Source: Bdellovibrionota bacterium (GTDB taxonomy: Bacteria; Bdellovibrionota; UBA1018; UBA923). From it: 58,766 nt of DNA. Below, piece after piece: positions 1-9,683 of this stretch. How positions within the stretch are numbered: the first letter of the stretch is position 1; each line of letters opens with the position of its first letter. The position numbers and the translations under genes are program-made. The stretch covers positions 1-58,766 of the forward strand of contig JBFMCE010000006.1 of NCBI GenBank assembly GCA_040754655.1, given 5' to 3'. A model generated the notes under the pieces. It was not told where the DNA came from. It saw only the letters and a program-made list of their open reading frames with translations, and made no database searches.

Positions 1-40
1 TTTATATAAATATGATCGTTTGGCAATATGCTTTCGACGC

Positions 41-802
41 TCAACCCAATCGAATGCCCACCGGACAATGATCGCTGCCGAAAACCTGGGGCAAAATCGA
101 GGCCTCTTTGACCGCTTTGATGAATTCCGCGTTCACGCAATGGTAGTCAATGCGCCACCCAATATTTTTTTCGCGCACGCCCGGACGATAACTCCACCAA
201 CTATAATGATTGGGCTCGCTCACGAAGCGCCTGAAGGTGTCGATCCAACCCGCGCCCACGAACCGATCCATCCAAGCGCGTTCTTCAGGTAAAAAACCCG
301 CGTTGTTCACATTGGTCTTTGGATTTCTAAGATCGATCTCTTTGTGAGCGATGTTGTAGTCGCCACACAAGATCACGAAACGTCCTTCCTTCCTAAGCTT
401 TTCGCAAAACTTGAAAATCGCGTCGCAAAACTCCAATTTATACCCGAGCCTCGCGTGATCGCGTTGACTGTTGGGGAAATACGCGTTCACCAAAGTAAAC
501 TCTTTGAAATGAGCGGCCAGAACCCTGCCTTCATCGTCAACCGCCGGAATGCCGATGCCTTCCTTCACGTCTTTCGCCGCGACACGGCTGTAAATTGCTA
601 CCCCGCTATAGCCCGCTTTCTTCGCTGAATGCCAGTAGGTCTGGTAACCGAGCGGGGCTAAATAAGAAGGGTCGAGTTGAGCTGGGTTGCATTTGGTTTC
701 TTGGAGGCAGACGATATCTGGCATTTCACGGTCAAGCCAATCAAAGAAGCCGTTTCTCCCCACTGAACGAACGCCATTCACGTTCCATGATAAAATCTTC
801 AT
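41..802 (-). CDS. xth: Exodeoxyribonuclease III (AP endonuclease)
   Basis: MKILSWNVNG, LQETK, GDYNIAH, WRIDY and SDHCP motifs of the ExoIII family. Confidence 0.95.
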   Translation of the reverse strand: MKILSWNVNGVRSVGRNGFFDWLDREMPDIVCLQETKCNPAQLDPSYLAPLGYQTYWHSAKKAGYSGVAIYSRVAAKDVKEGIGIPAVDDEGRVLAAHFKEFTLVNAYFPNSQRDHARLGYKLEFCDAIFKFCEKLRKEGRFVILCGDYNIAHKEIDLRNPKTNVNNAGFLPEERAWMDRFVGAGWIDTFRRFVSEPNHYSWWSYRPGVREKNIGWRIDYHCVNAEFIKAVKEASILPQVFGSDHCPVGIRLG

Positions 803-817
803 CGTTGATCTCTTCTT

Positions 818-1222
818 TCACCTTTGCGCCAAACCACGCACCCAGCGCCATCGCTTCAACAACCTCTTCCACAACGGCAAACCAAAGTAGGCGGACTGGC
901 TGGAACGGCAAGCCCAAAAGTGGCAGCTCGCTTGTTCCGGAAAATCTCTGCACATTTGCGGGCGCGATTCGTAAATACCACAGTCCCCACTTTTCTGCAG
1001 ATGCTTGCACGTGTAAACGTGCTCGCGGCCATCTCGGCTGGACCGCAGCGGAACGACCATGGTCGCGATTTTTTCAACATCCGGAATCTTTGAAGAAGCC
1101 GGGTTTTCTCGCCAGATGGCATAGTCGCCCTGCAATTCCTCAAAACTGTGTTCCATCGCGAATCTCTTGCAGCAATGGCCGCGACAGCGGCGTTCTATTT
1201 TTGATTCAGGTTCGCCTTGCAT
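818..1222 (-). CDS. YkgJ-family cysteine-cluster protein
   Basis: RCRGHCC and CGIYESRPQMCRDFP motifs; start moved to ATG 1222 behind a GAGG RBS. Confidence 0.75.
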   Translation of the reverse strand: MQGEPESKIERRCRGHCCKRFAMEHSFEELQGDYAIWRENPASSKIPDVEKIATMVVPLRSSRDGREHVYTCKHLQKSGDCGIYESRPQMCRDFPEQASCHFWACRSSQSAYFGLPLWKRLLKRWRWVRGLAQR

Positions 1223-1272
1223 TTGGTTTTCCTCGCCATTCGCAGCTCGACCAGCAATGATCATTCTAAGCC

Positions 1273-1288
1273 CGGCACGTCACTTGCT
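1273..1288 (+). promoter_or_regulatory. sigma-54 (-24/-12) promoter
   Basis: CGGCAC-GTCAC-TTGCT fits TGGCAC-N5-TTGCW, about 30 bp upstream of ATG 1320. Confidence 0.7.
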
Positions 1289-1319
1289 TCAATGAATGAT
1301 CAGATCAGGGGGCAATTTT

Positions 1320-2171
1320 ATGGTCAACGAATATCGTGATTATCGTAACACGCGAGCAACGACCGCGTTTGACATCAGTGACGTCACCGCGGTTCAACAC
1401 TCATCCATCAACTGGCGAGCCATTTTCGCCGGCACTTTTGTTTCGCTTCTCGTTTACTCAACGCTCATGGCTTTGGGCGTCGCCATAGCGGGCGCCACGC
1501 TGGTTGGCGTGATCAATGCTGAGGAAGGGGGTACCGCCCTTTCGATCGGATCGGGCGTTTGGCTCATCGTCTCAGCTTTAGTCTCGCTCTTCGTCGGAAG
1601 TTATCTCGCCGGTCGCGTTGGCGGTCTGATTCACACCCGGATTGGTACCGTTCAAGGATTGGTTATTTCATCATTATTCTTCGCATTCCTGCTCTCGCAA
1701 GTTGGAGCCGGGATAGGCGGCCTTGGCCGTGGGGTCGGGTCTACAATAGGAGCGCTTGGCGGAGCAGCGGGCGATCTTTCAAAAAACCCGCAAGTGCAAG
1801 ATACGATCGAGCGCTCGCTTGGTGACCTGAATTTAAAATCTCCGCCGGACCAAGTGATTCAAGGCGTGGCCACCAGGCTGCTTCGAGGTGACGAAACAGG
1901 CGCTCGAGATTACCTTGCAAGACAGGCCGGCCTCTCTCCCACCGAGGCTCAACAACGCATTGATACTTTTAAGAATGACTTCCAAAACACCGCGAAAGAC
2001 GTGGGCGCCACTGCGGCCCGAGTGGTTTCAGTCGCGGGATGGACGCTTTTTGGCTCGCTTCTTTTGGGATCGTTGTTCGCAGCCCTCGGCGGCGGCGCCG
2101 GAGCACGACGCAATCTCAATCGCCCTTTGGGCCAGAAAGACGAAGAAGTCATAGACCGCAAAGCAGCCTAG
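1320..2171 (+). CDS. Multi-pass membrane protein of unknown function
   Basis: INWRAIFAG N-terminal motif, several Gly-rich TM helices, helical soluble middle; AGGGGG RBS before ATG 1320. Confidence 0.75.
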   Translation: MVNEYRDYRNTRATTAFDISDVTAVQHSSINWRAIFAGTFVSLLVYSTLMALGVAIAGATLVGVINAEEGGTALSIGSGVWLIVSALVSLFVGSYLAGRVGGLIHTRIGTVQGLVISSLFFAFLLSQVGAGIGGLGRGVGSTIGALGGAAGDLSKNPQVQDTIERSLGDLNLKSPPDQVIQGVATRLLRGDETGARDYLARQAGLSPTEAQQRIDTFKNDFQNTAKDVGATAARVVSVAGWTLFGSLLLGSLFAALGGGAGARRNLNRPLGQKDEEVIDRKAA

Positions 2172-2324
2172 AACTGATTTACTGACCTAAACACCATGTC
2201 GGCGCCGGAGGTAGGGTAAAATCACTTGTTCCTCCGGCGCCAACTTTGCGTGGTCGAAAATCAACCCTCTGACACCGCCTATTCGCAGTAGACAAAAGAC
2301 CCTCTTTTTCATTATTCTGGGGCG

Positions 2325-2744
2325 GTGTCGAACGTAAGACCTTCTTTTGAGAAGATATACCTGGATTTGGCCTTTAAGCTCGCTGAACGTTCCACATGTG
2401 TGCGCCTTAAGGTCGGTACCGTCATCACCAGTACCGATTTCAGGAAGGTTTTGGCCGTCGGTTACAATGGAAATGCCACTGGGCTTCACAACGGATGTGA
2501 TCGCACCGAGGCCGGCAATTGCGGCTGCCTCCATTCTGAAGAAAACGCGGTCATCAATTGCGATGCCCCTCGGATGGTCGAAAAAATCGTGTTTGTCACC
2601 CACCTTCCTTGCGTCCAATGCGCAAAGCGCCTGATCAACCTTGGAAACGTTCGAAAGATTTATTACGGCAACGACTACCGGATCAAAGACTCAATTGACC
2701 TGTTGCGCTCAGTTGGCATAGAAATCAGCCAAGCATCCTTTTAA
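2325..2744 (+). CDS. dCMP deaminase / ComEB-family cytidine deaminase
   Basis: RSTC..KVG, GYNG, HSEENA (HxE) and PCVQC (PCxxC) zinc motifs. Confidence 0.9.
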   Translation: MSNVRPSFEKIYLDLAFKLAERSTCVRLKVGTVITSTDFRKVLAVGYNGNATGLHNGCDRTEAGNCGCLHSEENAVINCDAPRMVEKIVFVTHLPCVQCAKRLINLGNVRKIYYGNDYRIKDSIDLLRSVGIEISQASF

Positions 2745-2758
2745 ACAATTGAGGTTTT

Positions 2759-3577
2759 GTGGTTTACGAATCAAAGCGCGCGGACATTCTGCATCAGTAC
2801 AAGATCGACTCCGAGTCTCTAAAGTACTCCGCCGGAACGCGTACGCAAGTTGAGTTTGCATGGAAGGATTTGGAAAAAATAACTCCTGCCAGAGGAGGGG
2901 CTCTCGCGCTTCGGGCAAAAGGGCATCAACCGCTGGTCATCTGGTTGGAAGCCCAAAAGATGGAGTCTTTCCTAAAAGATCTTTTTTACTTTTGGCGCCA
3001 GCGCGATCCCGAATCGGCAACCAGGGCGGCATTTGATTACGGGGCCGCTCAGAACCAGACATTGGCCTGGGTGGTTCTCGCGGTCTCGTTGTTATTTCCG
3101 AGCCTGCTCGGCGCGATGCTACTCACAGACGCGTTTAATACGAAAAAGTGCAACGCGCTTTTTGCCCAAAACCCAAAAGTCGTTACAGCGAAACTCAATA
3201 AGGTAGCGAAGAACCGACGAGGAAACTTCATTTGGAGCCTCGAATTCACCACGGCAGAGGGACGTAAGCTGAAGGGAACTCGCACAGCTTATCATTTCGA
3301 CCCCAAAGGCCATCCCGTCGGCGGCGAACCGACCGTACTTTATGCGCCCGAAGACGCGAAATGCTGGGACCTGAGTTTGAGGCCAGGAGAACCGTCTCCG
3401 AACTGGAAACAACGCTCGTTTACTCTATTGATGACTATGAGTTTTGGATGGGTCTTCGCGATTCTTGGACTGCTGGGTTGCACGTGGGGCTTGATTCGAA
3501 TTTTCAGGCGATACCCTTTCGCCGAACCGGTTCGCAGGATCGCCAATGAACTTTTGGGAAAGGCAGCGGGCACCTAA
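2759..3577 (+). CDS. Hypothetical membrane protein (TM - beta domain - TM)
   Basis: 272-aa ORF co-directional with the deaminase; two hydrophobic helices flank a beta-rich domain. Confidence 0.7.
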   Translation: MVYESKRADILHQYKIDSESLKYSAGTRTQVEFAWKDLEKITPARGGALALRAKGHQPLVIWLEAQKMESFLKDLFYFWRQRDPESATRAAFDYGAAQNQTLAWVVLAVSLLFPSLLGAMLLTDAFNTKKCNALFAQNPKVVTAKLNKVAKNRRGNFIWSLEFTTAEGRKLKGTRTAYHFDPKGHPVGGEPTVLYAPEDAKCWDLSLRPGEPSPNWKQRSFTLLMTMSFGWVFAILGLLGCTWGLIRIFRRYPFAEPVRRIANELLGKAAGT

Positions 3578-3615
3578 GTGCCGGGCACTGCCCTTCCCGA
3601 CGAAGGCTTTAAAAC

Positions 3616-3918
3616 CTACTTGAGCTGCTTGCTGATGTATTTGGTCATTTCAAACATCGAAACTTTGGCTTTTCCTTGGAAGATCTTCTTCAACACGTCA
3701 TCTGCATTGATGAACTGACGTTTTACCTTGTCTTGCAGCTTGTGCTTCTTGATATATTCCCAAACCTTCTTCACCACCTGAGTGCGTGGAAGAGGCTTAT
3801 AACCAACGATTTGAGCGAGCAGATCGGATGGGCGCAGCGGTTTCATAAACGCTGGGTTCGGCTTGCGTTTGGTTTTCTTGCCCGCCGCCTTCTTTTTTGC
3901 TTTCTTTTTCTTTGCCAT
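3616..3918 (-). CDS. Stand-alone SWIB/MDM2-domain protein with Lys-rich N-terminus
   Basis: PSDLLAQIVG..LPRTQVVKKVWEYIKKHKLQD..INADDVLKKIF..VSMFEMTK signature. Confidence 0.92.
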   Translation of the reverse strand: MAKKKKAKKKAAGKKTKRKPNPAFMKPLRPSDLLAQIVGYKPLPRTQVVKKVWEYIKKHKLQDKVKRQFINADDVLKKIFQGKAKVSMFEMTKYISKQLK

Positions 3919-3971
3919 GAAGTATCCCCCTGTAAGCTACATTCTAGAGCGCATTTTTGGGTTTTCAAGCA

Positions 3972-4844
3972 ATGGGTCACAAAACTTTGATAAAAACACA
4001 CGAGTTGACCTGGCTGAAGTCGGGGGAAGCAACGCTGAGACACCTTGACTCGGGCGAATTGATGCATTCCAACGTGGGTCCGAAGGCTGAATCAAGCCTG
4101 CTTTACGTCGAACAATCAAAGCTTGCGGATAGGCTCTGTGAGCCCAGCAAGCACCCCCTGGTGGTTTATGACGTAGGCCTGGGAGCCGGGACCAATGCAC
4201 TGGCTGCGTTACAATGCTCACGCGAAATAAGGCAAGAAACCTGGTTTCCGCGAAAACTCAGGCTCTATTCTTTTGAAAGCGACTTGAGCGGAATCGCGAT
4301 AGCGCTTGAAAACCACTCTCAATTCCCCTTTTTTGAAGGATTTGAAGGCGCGGTTGCCGCGCTTTTAGAAAAAGGATCTTGGAGTTCTTCAGATGAGGCA
4401 ACAGAGTGGGTGCTGAAAGAGGGAGATTTCCGACAATCAATCTCGGATCTCCCTCAACCGGAACTCGTGTATTTTGACTTCTATTCACCCAAAGTGACGC
4501 CCGATCTTTGGAGCGTTGAGATATTTGGGAGAGTTTACCAAAAGTGCACCCAGACCTCGTCGCTCTTTACCTACAGCGCATCTACCCGCGTACGAGTCGC
4601 TCTTCTGCTTGCGGGTTTTTTCGTTGGTTATGGCAGATCGACGGGCGCCAAGCGAGAAACCACGGTTGCCTCGACCAGCCTTGCCACGCTTGAACGGCCG
4701 CTGGACGCGCGTTGGCTTGCACGTTTCAAGAACTCGCATGAGCCTATCCCATATGGCTGGCCTGGCGAAAAACGCGGCGAGGTGTTTGAAAAAGTCCTTA
4801 ATCACAAGCAATTTCAAGGCTCAGCTTTTCGGCCACTAGACTAG
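3972..4844 (+). CDS. MnmC-like (stand-alone) SAM-dependent methyltransferase
   Basis: MHS, DVGLGAGTNA, YFDFYSPK..PDLW and FTYSAS motifs; start approximate. Confidence 0.8.
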   Translation: MGHKTLIKTHELTWLKSGEATLRHLDSGELMHSNVGPKAESSLLYVEQSKLADRLCEPSKHPLVVYDVGLGAGTNALAALQCSREIRQETWFPRKLRLYSFESDLSGIAIALENHSQFPFFEGFEGAVAALLEKGSWSSSDEATEWVLKEGDFRQSISDLPQPELVYFDFYSPKVTPDLWSVEIFGRVYQKCTQTSSLFTYSASTRVRVALLLAGFFVGYGRSTGAKRETTVASTSLATLERPLDARWLARFKNSHEPIPYGWPGEKRGEVFEKVLNHKQFQGSAFRPLD

Positions 4845-4877
4845 CTCTTGAGGGTCGTTTCTGGTATAAGACCAACC

Positions 4878-6884
4878 GTGCAAACACCGCAAAAAATCAC
4901 CAATCAAGACGTCTATCGGCAAGCCTGCCTTAAGTTCTTGCCTACCACTCAGGAAGAAATGAACTGGCGCGGGTGGAATGAGCTCGATGTGCTCTTGATC
5001 AACGGAGACGCCTATGTCGATCACCCAACTTTTGGCATCTCTGCATTGGGGAGATGGTTTGAACGCCTGGGTTTGCGAGTGGGCATTGTCTCGCAGCCGC
5101 GCTGGAACACCCTGGAAGACATCAAACTCATGGGGCGTCCCAGGCTTTTTGTCGGTGTTTCGGCGGGTACCGTCGACAGCATGATCAACAACTACACTGC
5201 GAACAAAAAACCCAGGTCAGACGACATGTATTCGGAGGCCGGCAAAGGCGGCAACCGCCCAGATTACGCGAGCATCGTCTATTCGAAGCTTGCGCGAGAA
5301 GCCTTTCCAGGCACTCCGGTGATTGTTGGCGGGGTCGAAGCAAGCTTGAGAAGGCTTGCTCACTACGACTACTGGCAGAATAAAGTGCGGCCTTCGATGG
5401 TCACCGAACTTGAAGCTGAGCTCTTGGTTTTTGGAATGGGTGAACGCACCGCGATCCGCATCGCCGAGGATCTAAAACGAGCCTCAGAGATCATCGGCGG
5501 GCCGATTGACCTTTCCCACCCTGCGACTCAAGCCGCTCTCAAGCGCTTGAGATCCGAACGTGGAGTGGCCTTTCTAGCCACAAAGGACGAAGCACGCGAA
5601 ATCCAACCCAGGCTTACGCTGCCCTCTTTCGAGGAAGTGCGCGACGACAAGAAGAAATTCGCCAAGGCGGCTTATTTCATCGAGTATGAGGCGAGCCCGT
5701 ATAACGGCAAGCGACTCATGCAGCACCATGGCTCAAAAGTCGTAGTGATCAATCCGCCCGCCCTTCCGCTTACGACTGAGGAAATGGATTCCATTTATGA
5801 AATGCCATTCACCAAAGAGCAACACCCCAAATACAAGGAACGCATCCCAGCCGCCGACATGATTCGTTTCTCGGTGGCTTCAACGCGCGGGTGCTTCGGC
5901 GGTTGTTCATTTTGCGCCATCACTCTTCACCAGGGTCGCATCGTGCAATCTCGCTCGCAAGACAGCATTTTAAAAGAGGTTGAAAAGCTCAACACCGTGC
6001 CGGGGTTCAAAGGCATCGTGAGCGATATCGGCGGCCCGACCGCCAATATGTACCAGTTGCGATGCAAGAGCACCGACATCCAAAGCAAGTGCCGCAAGCT
6101 TTCTTGCGTGCACCCAAAGGTTTGCCCGCACTTGCACACTGACCACACTCCCCAGGTCGAACTTCTCGCGAAAGCGAGAAAAACTCCTGGCATCAGGAAA
6201 GTGCATGTCGCTTCAGGGCTTCGCTACGACATCGCGCTCGCAGACCAAAGATCGGGAAAGAAATACCTCAAAGACCTGATCCAAAACCATGTTGGCGGCC
6301 ACTTGAAGGTAGCCCCAGAACACCTGGATGAGGAAGTCTTGCACTTGATGAAAAAACCGGGGCTCAAAGATTTTGACGCGTTCGCGGGAATATTCGAGGA
6401 AGCCTCTCGCCAAGCGGGAAAAGAGCAGTACCTCGTGCCCTATTTCATCAGCGGATTTCCGGGGACGACCCATGAACAGATGGAAAAAGTTTATGGATAC
6501 CTCAAACAAAAAGGATGGAAGCTGCAACAAGTCCAGGCCTTCATTCCCACGCCGATGACCTTGGCCACGGCGATGTACTGGACTGGCATCGACCCCATGA
6601 CGAAGAAACCTCTCTTCGTCGCGAAAGAGTGGCGCGACAGAAAGATCCAGCAAGCTCTTCTTCAACCCCACAAGCCGGAACACAAGAAGATCTTGGCGGA
6701 TTACAGGTCTCTGCAACGCCGCCGCGCCGTTGAAGGCGGGGCAAAACGAGACTTCGGCACCTGCGACTCGCGTGCGCCTGAGGCGCTTCAAGGCCGACAT
6801 GGGATGAGGAAGAAGCGGGCCAAGTCGGTCGTAGAAGTTCCTCGCAAGAAATTAGGTCCTAAGCTTTTGCTAGACAGCAGGTAA
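4878..6884 (+). CDS. ygiQ: YgiQ-family (UPF0313) radical SAM protein
   Basis: GDAYVDHP, GGVEASLRRLAHYDYW, RGCFGGCSFC (CxxxCxxC), HVGGHLKVAPEH and QVQAFIPTP. Confidence 0.92.
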   Translation: MQTPQKITNQDVYRQACLKFLPTTQEEMNWRGWNELDVLLINGDAYVDHPTFGISALGRWFERLGLRVGIVSQPRWNTLEDIKLMGRPRLFVGVSAGTVDSMINNYTANKKPRSDDMYSEAGKGGNRPDYASIVYSKLAREAFPGTPVIVGGVEASLRRLAHYDYWQNKVRPSMVTELEAELLVFGMGERTAIRIAEDLKRASEIIGGPIDLSHPATQAALKRLRSERGVAFLATKDEAREIQPRLTLPSFEEVRDDKKKFAKAAYFIEYEASPYNGKRLMQHHGSKVVVINPPALPLTTEEMDSIYEMPFTKEQHPKYKERIPAADMIRFSVASTRGCFGGCSFCAITLHQGRIVQSRSQDSILKEVEKLNTVPGFKGIVSDIGGPTANMYQLRCKSTDIQSKCRKLSCVHPKVCPHLHTDHTPQVELLAKARKTPGIRKVHVASGLRYDIALADQRSGKKYLKDLIQNHVGGHLKVAPEHLDEEVLHLMKKPGLKDFDAFAGIFEEASRQAGKEQYLVPYFISGFPGTTHEQMEKVYGYLKQKGWKLQQVQAFIPTPMTLATAMYWTGIDPMTKKPLFVAKEWRDRKIQQALLQPHKPEHKKILADYRSLQRRRAVEGGAKRDFGTCDSRAPEALQGRHGMRKKRAKSVVEVPRKKLGPKLLLDSR

Positions 6885-6905
6885 AGACTGACGACCGTCC
6901 TTTCA

Positions 6906-6932
6906 AAAGTGGATCCCCCAAGAATCCGATAA
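6906..6932 (+). promoter_or_regulatory. Possible sigma-28 (FliA) promoter
   Basis: AAAG-N15-TCCGATAA upstream of the 7001 operon. Confidence 0.4.
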
Positions 6933-7000
6933 TTGCTCATCAAGTTTCGATAATTATTCTTATTGCCAGTCAATGGGCACGGCTGTAGAGGTCCGACGCT

Positions 7001-7855
7001 ATGTACATAGCAACCATTCTATTTTTTCTTTTTCCGTCATTGGGCGTCGCCGCGGAAACCGTCTCGGCCAAAGTTGTGCTCAGATCCGAGCAGTTCGACG
7101 TCTCAAAAAATGACACGCGACCAAAAACCAGAGCCGAACAGTTGGCGGCTAAAAGCTTTGATCTGGAATGTGAAAAATGGAAAACCGCGGCAACCCGCAA
7201 AGTGGAAGTTCCATATGAATCTCCGGATGACGGCTCGCTCTATCGCGTTTCCGTTTCCTTAAATCCTAGCTGCTCTCAGCATAGGAACATCATTCAAGGA
7301 GACTACGCCGTGCAGTTCGAGGCGGAAGGCGCCGTTTCCTTTCGACTTCCAGCTCGCCCTGAATGGCTTTCTAGCGCTCGCGTCCTGGTGGTGACGGCCG
7401 AGCTTGATCCTGGTGAAGTTAATCTATTTACAATCGAGGCCGGTTTGGACAAATACAAAATGAATTGTCAAAAATGGAAAGAAGACCTGCAAAGCTATTC
7501 CCGAAGTCCGCTGCTTTTCTCGTACTGCGAAAACCCGAAACAGGAATCGAGCGGCTCGACGGCTGTAGACCTGCTAGGCAAGACGACCGCAGCTTTGATT
7601 GTCGTTGGTGAGACAGAGACATTGAGCGAGGAGTTTGAAACCAAGGTTCTTGATACCGATGATTCAAAGACCGATCGTGTCGCCGCAAAAGAACAGATAG
7701 ACCGGTGGATTCAACAATGGAAACTTCGCAAGTTGGCGGAATTTGGAAACGACGTCGTGTACATGACTTGCAGCCCTGCAGTGCCGGTGCAATACCGTGC
7801 AATCCAACTTAAAACCAAATGCCAAATGATCGTCAGAAAGTCGGGTGAAAAATGA
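7001..7855 (+). CDS. Secreted hypothetical protein with about 3 internal repeats
   Basis: Signal peptide; recurring segments ECEKWKT / NCQKWKE / WIQQWKL. Confidence 0.7.
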   Translation: MYIATILFFLFPSLGVAAETVSAKVVLRSEQFDVSKNDTRPKTRAEQLAAKSFDLECEKWKTAATRKVEVPYESPDDGSLYRVSVSLNPSCSQHRNIIQGDYAVQFEAEGAVSFRLPARPEWLSSARVLVVTAELDPGEVNLFTIEAGLDKYKMNCQKWKEDLQSYSRSPLLFSYCENPKQESSGSTAVDLLGKTTAALIVVGETETLSEEFETKVLDTDDSKTDRVAAKEQIDRWIQQWKLRKLAEFGNDVVYMTCSPAVPVQYRAIQLKTKCQMIVRKSGEK

Positions 7856-8343
7856 AAATTATCTTGTTGTTTTCGCTATTCCTGTTTGTGTTCCAAGCTG
7901 ATGCCGCGCTTCCTCGCTCAAATCTGATGTTTCGATGTCAGACCTCAGACACTCTTCCCGATATGAGGTACCCGACAAAACTAAGTTTGATGGATTTAGC
8001 CGCAGGATATTATCACCTGGTGCCCCAAGACAGTGTGGGCAATATCCAGCCGATCTTCCATGCCTACGAGTTGAGTGGCTACCTCACCGGCCTTACGCGC
8101 AAGTCGATGGAAGAAAACAAAGGCTTCGACCTCAAGCTCAGAGACCCGAACACCCTGAAAGAACTCTCTTTTCATTTCATTCCGCGGGGCCTCGAGGCGT
8201 CTAACGATGCGAGGTATCCGGATGCCAAGTTTTCCTCTTATGAGGTGCAAGCCGATTCAACCTACTGCGCCCTTACCTTAAAGGATTCTTGTAAAATCAA
8301 AGCAGGGCAAATGCTCACTCTTGGTACGTACTTGTGTCATTGA
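7852..8343 (+). CDS. Secreted hypothetical protein
   Basis: Signal peptide ending ADA; ATGA overlap with the upstream gene. Confidence 0.7.
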   Translation: MKIILLFSLFLFVFQADAALPRSNLMFRCQTSDTLPDMRYPTKLSLMDLAAGYYHLVPQDSVGNIQPIFHAYELSGYLTGLTRKSMEENKGFDLKLRDPNTLKELSFHFIPRGLEASNDARYPDAKFSSYEVQADSTYCALTLKDSCKIKAGQMLTLGTYLCH

Positions 8344-8930
8344 GAGAAGCGACACCCCAGCTTGATCGCCCTGGCGCCGGCATCCCCTTCTTTGAACGCA
8401 TGGTGGCGCGTTACGTGTTGTTGCCAAGATTGGTATGGCGACGCGACTGGGAGGATGCGCGAGCGCTGTTCGAGAAAGAACAGAAAAAGATTCTTTTGAT
8501 CTCAGCCGGTCTTTCTGAAGAGCAAATGGATCTGAAAGTTTTGATCGATCGCATTCGAGGCATTGAAGACAGCTCAAGGTTTTGGTCGGTTTCGATGACC
8601 ATGGAACACCTTGAAGTCGTTGGAAGAGCCATCACTGCGATCATCTGCGACCTTGCCAATGACAAGCAGCCTTCGATTGAAGTAGACATTGCCAACGCCA
8701 AGCCGAAGAAAAACCACAACGCCAAATCCGCACGAGCAGATTTTGAAAAGTTTTGTATCGAATCAATGAACGAAATCAACACCAGAGCGGTGAACAAGAA
8801 CTCGAGACTTAAGTTCCCCCATCCCTGGTTCGGCCCCCTGAGCGCCCACCAATGGCATGGCCTGATGGCCGCGCACCAGGCGTTGCATCGAAAACAGATT
8901 CAGCTCATCGTCGACGGATTGGGGCATTGA
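8334..8930 (+). CDS. DinB-family protein
   Basis: WSVSMTMEHL, HPWFGPL..QW and HQALHRKQI metal-binding His pattern. Confidence 0.85.
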   Translation: MSLREATPQLDRPGAGIPFFERMVARYVLLPRLVWRRDWEDARALFEKEQKKILLISAGLSEEQMDLKVLIDRIRGIEDSSRFWSVSMTMEHLEVVGRAITAIICDLANDKQPSIEVDIANAKPKKNHNAKSARADFEKFCIESMNEINTRAVNKNSRLKFPHPWFGPLSAHQWHGLMAAHQALHRKQIQLIVDGLGH

Positions 8931-8932
8931 CT

Positions 8933-8950
8933 GCAGCTTCATGAAGCTGC
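8933..8950. terminator. Perfect palindrome between convergent genes (probable terminator hairpin)
   Basis: GCAGCTTCATGAAGCTGC is self-complementary; no U-tract. Confidence 0.45.
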
Positions 8951-8954
8951 GAGA

Positions 8955-9659
8955 TCAAATCTCTTCGAAAATGGCTTCAAGCACTTGAAAGGTGTCGCTT
9001 AAATCCTTGAAGTAATAATCAGGATTCTGTGCCAAAAGCTCGTCTGTAGGAACATTGCGCCCCGTGCCCACGGCGATCGAGCGCACTCCGATCGACTTGC
9101 CGCAATTCACGTCATGCACGGTATCGCCAATAATCACGATCTGTTTACCCGAGAATTCATGGCCGAAATCTGAACGAACCCGATTGACCGCGATCTCCGG
9201 AAGCTTGTAGCGGTCCCAATGGTCATCGCCGTAAACCCCGACTTTGAACAAATGGTCCAATCCCACGCAAGAAAGCTTTGCTTTGGCCCCCTTGCGAACA
9301 TTTCCCGTGAGCAATCCCAAAAGGATCTCAGGATGGTCGTGCAATTCGTCTAAAACTTCTCGCACGCCAGGAAGCACGCGAACCTCGTGCGCCCGGGTCG
9401 CTGCAGCCATACAGGCGCGCTCAACATACAGGTCTATGATCCTGCGCATCCACTCTTCGATTTCAGCTTCACTGAATCCCGCAAGCGCCAGCATCTCTCG
9501 GCAAATCTGAACGTCGGTTTTTCCGCCGAATGAAACACTCGGAAATTGCATCTCGGGGAAGTGGTGCGCCAATGCGCCCAGAAAACATTCTTTCCACAAA
9601 GGCCCACCCCAAAGGATCGTTCCATCAATGTCAAAAAGAACCAAACGTTTAGGTGACAT
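8955..9659 (-). CDS. HAD-family hydrolase (phosphoglycolate phosphatase-like)
   Basis: LFDIDGT motif I, LLTGN and IIGDTVHD motif; real start at ATG 9659. Confidence 0.9.
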   Translation of the reverse strand: MSPKRLVLFDIDGTILWGGPLWKECFLGALAHHFPEMQFPSVSFGGKTDVQICREMLALAGFSEAEIEEWMRRIIDLYVERACMAAATRAHEVRVLPGVREVLDELHDHPEILLGLLTGNVRKGAKAKLSCVGLDHLFKVGVYGDDHWDRYKLPEIAVNRVRSDFGHEFSGKQIVIIGDTVHDVNCGKSIGVRSIAVGTGRNVPTDELLAQNPDYYFKDLSDTFQVLEAIFEEI

Positions 9660-9683
9660 TACATCTAACTTACGGCAAACTTC

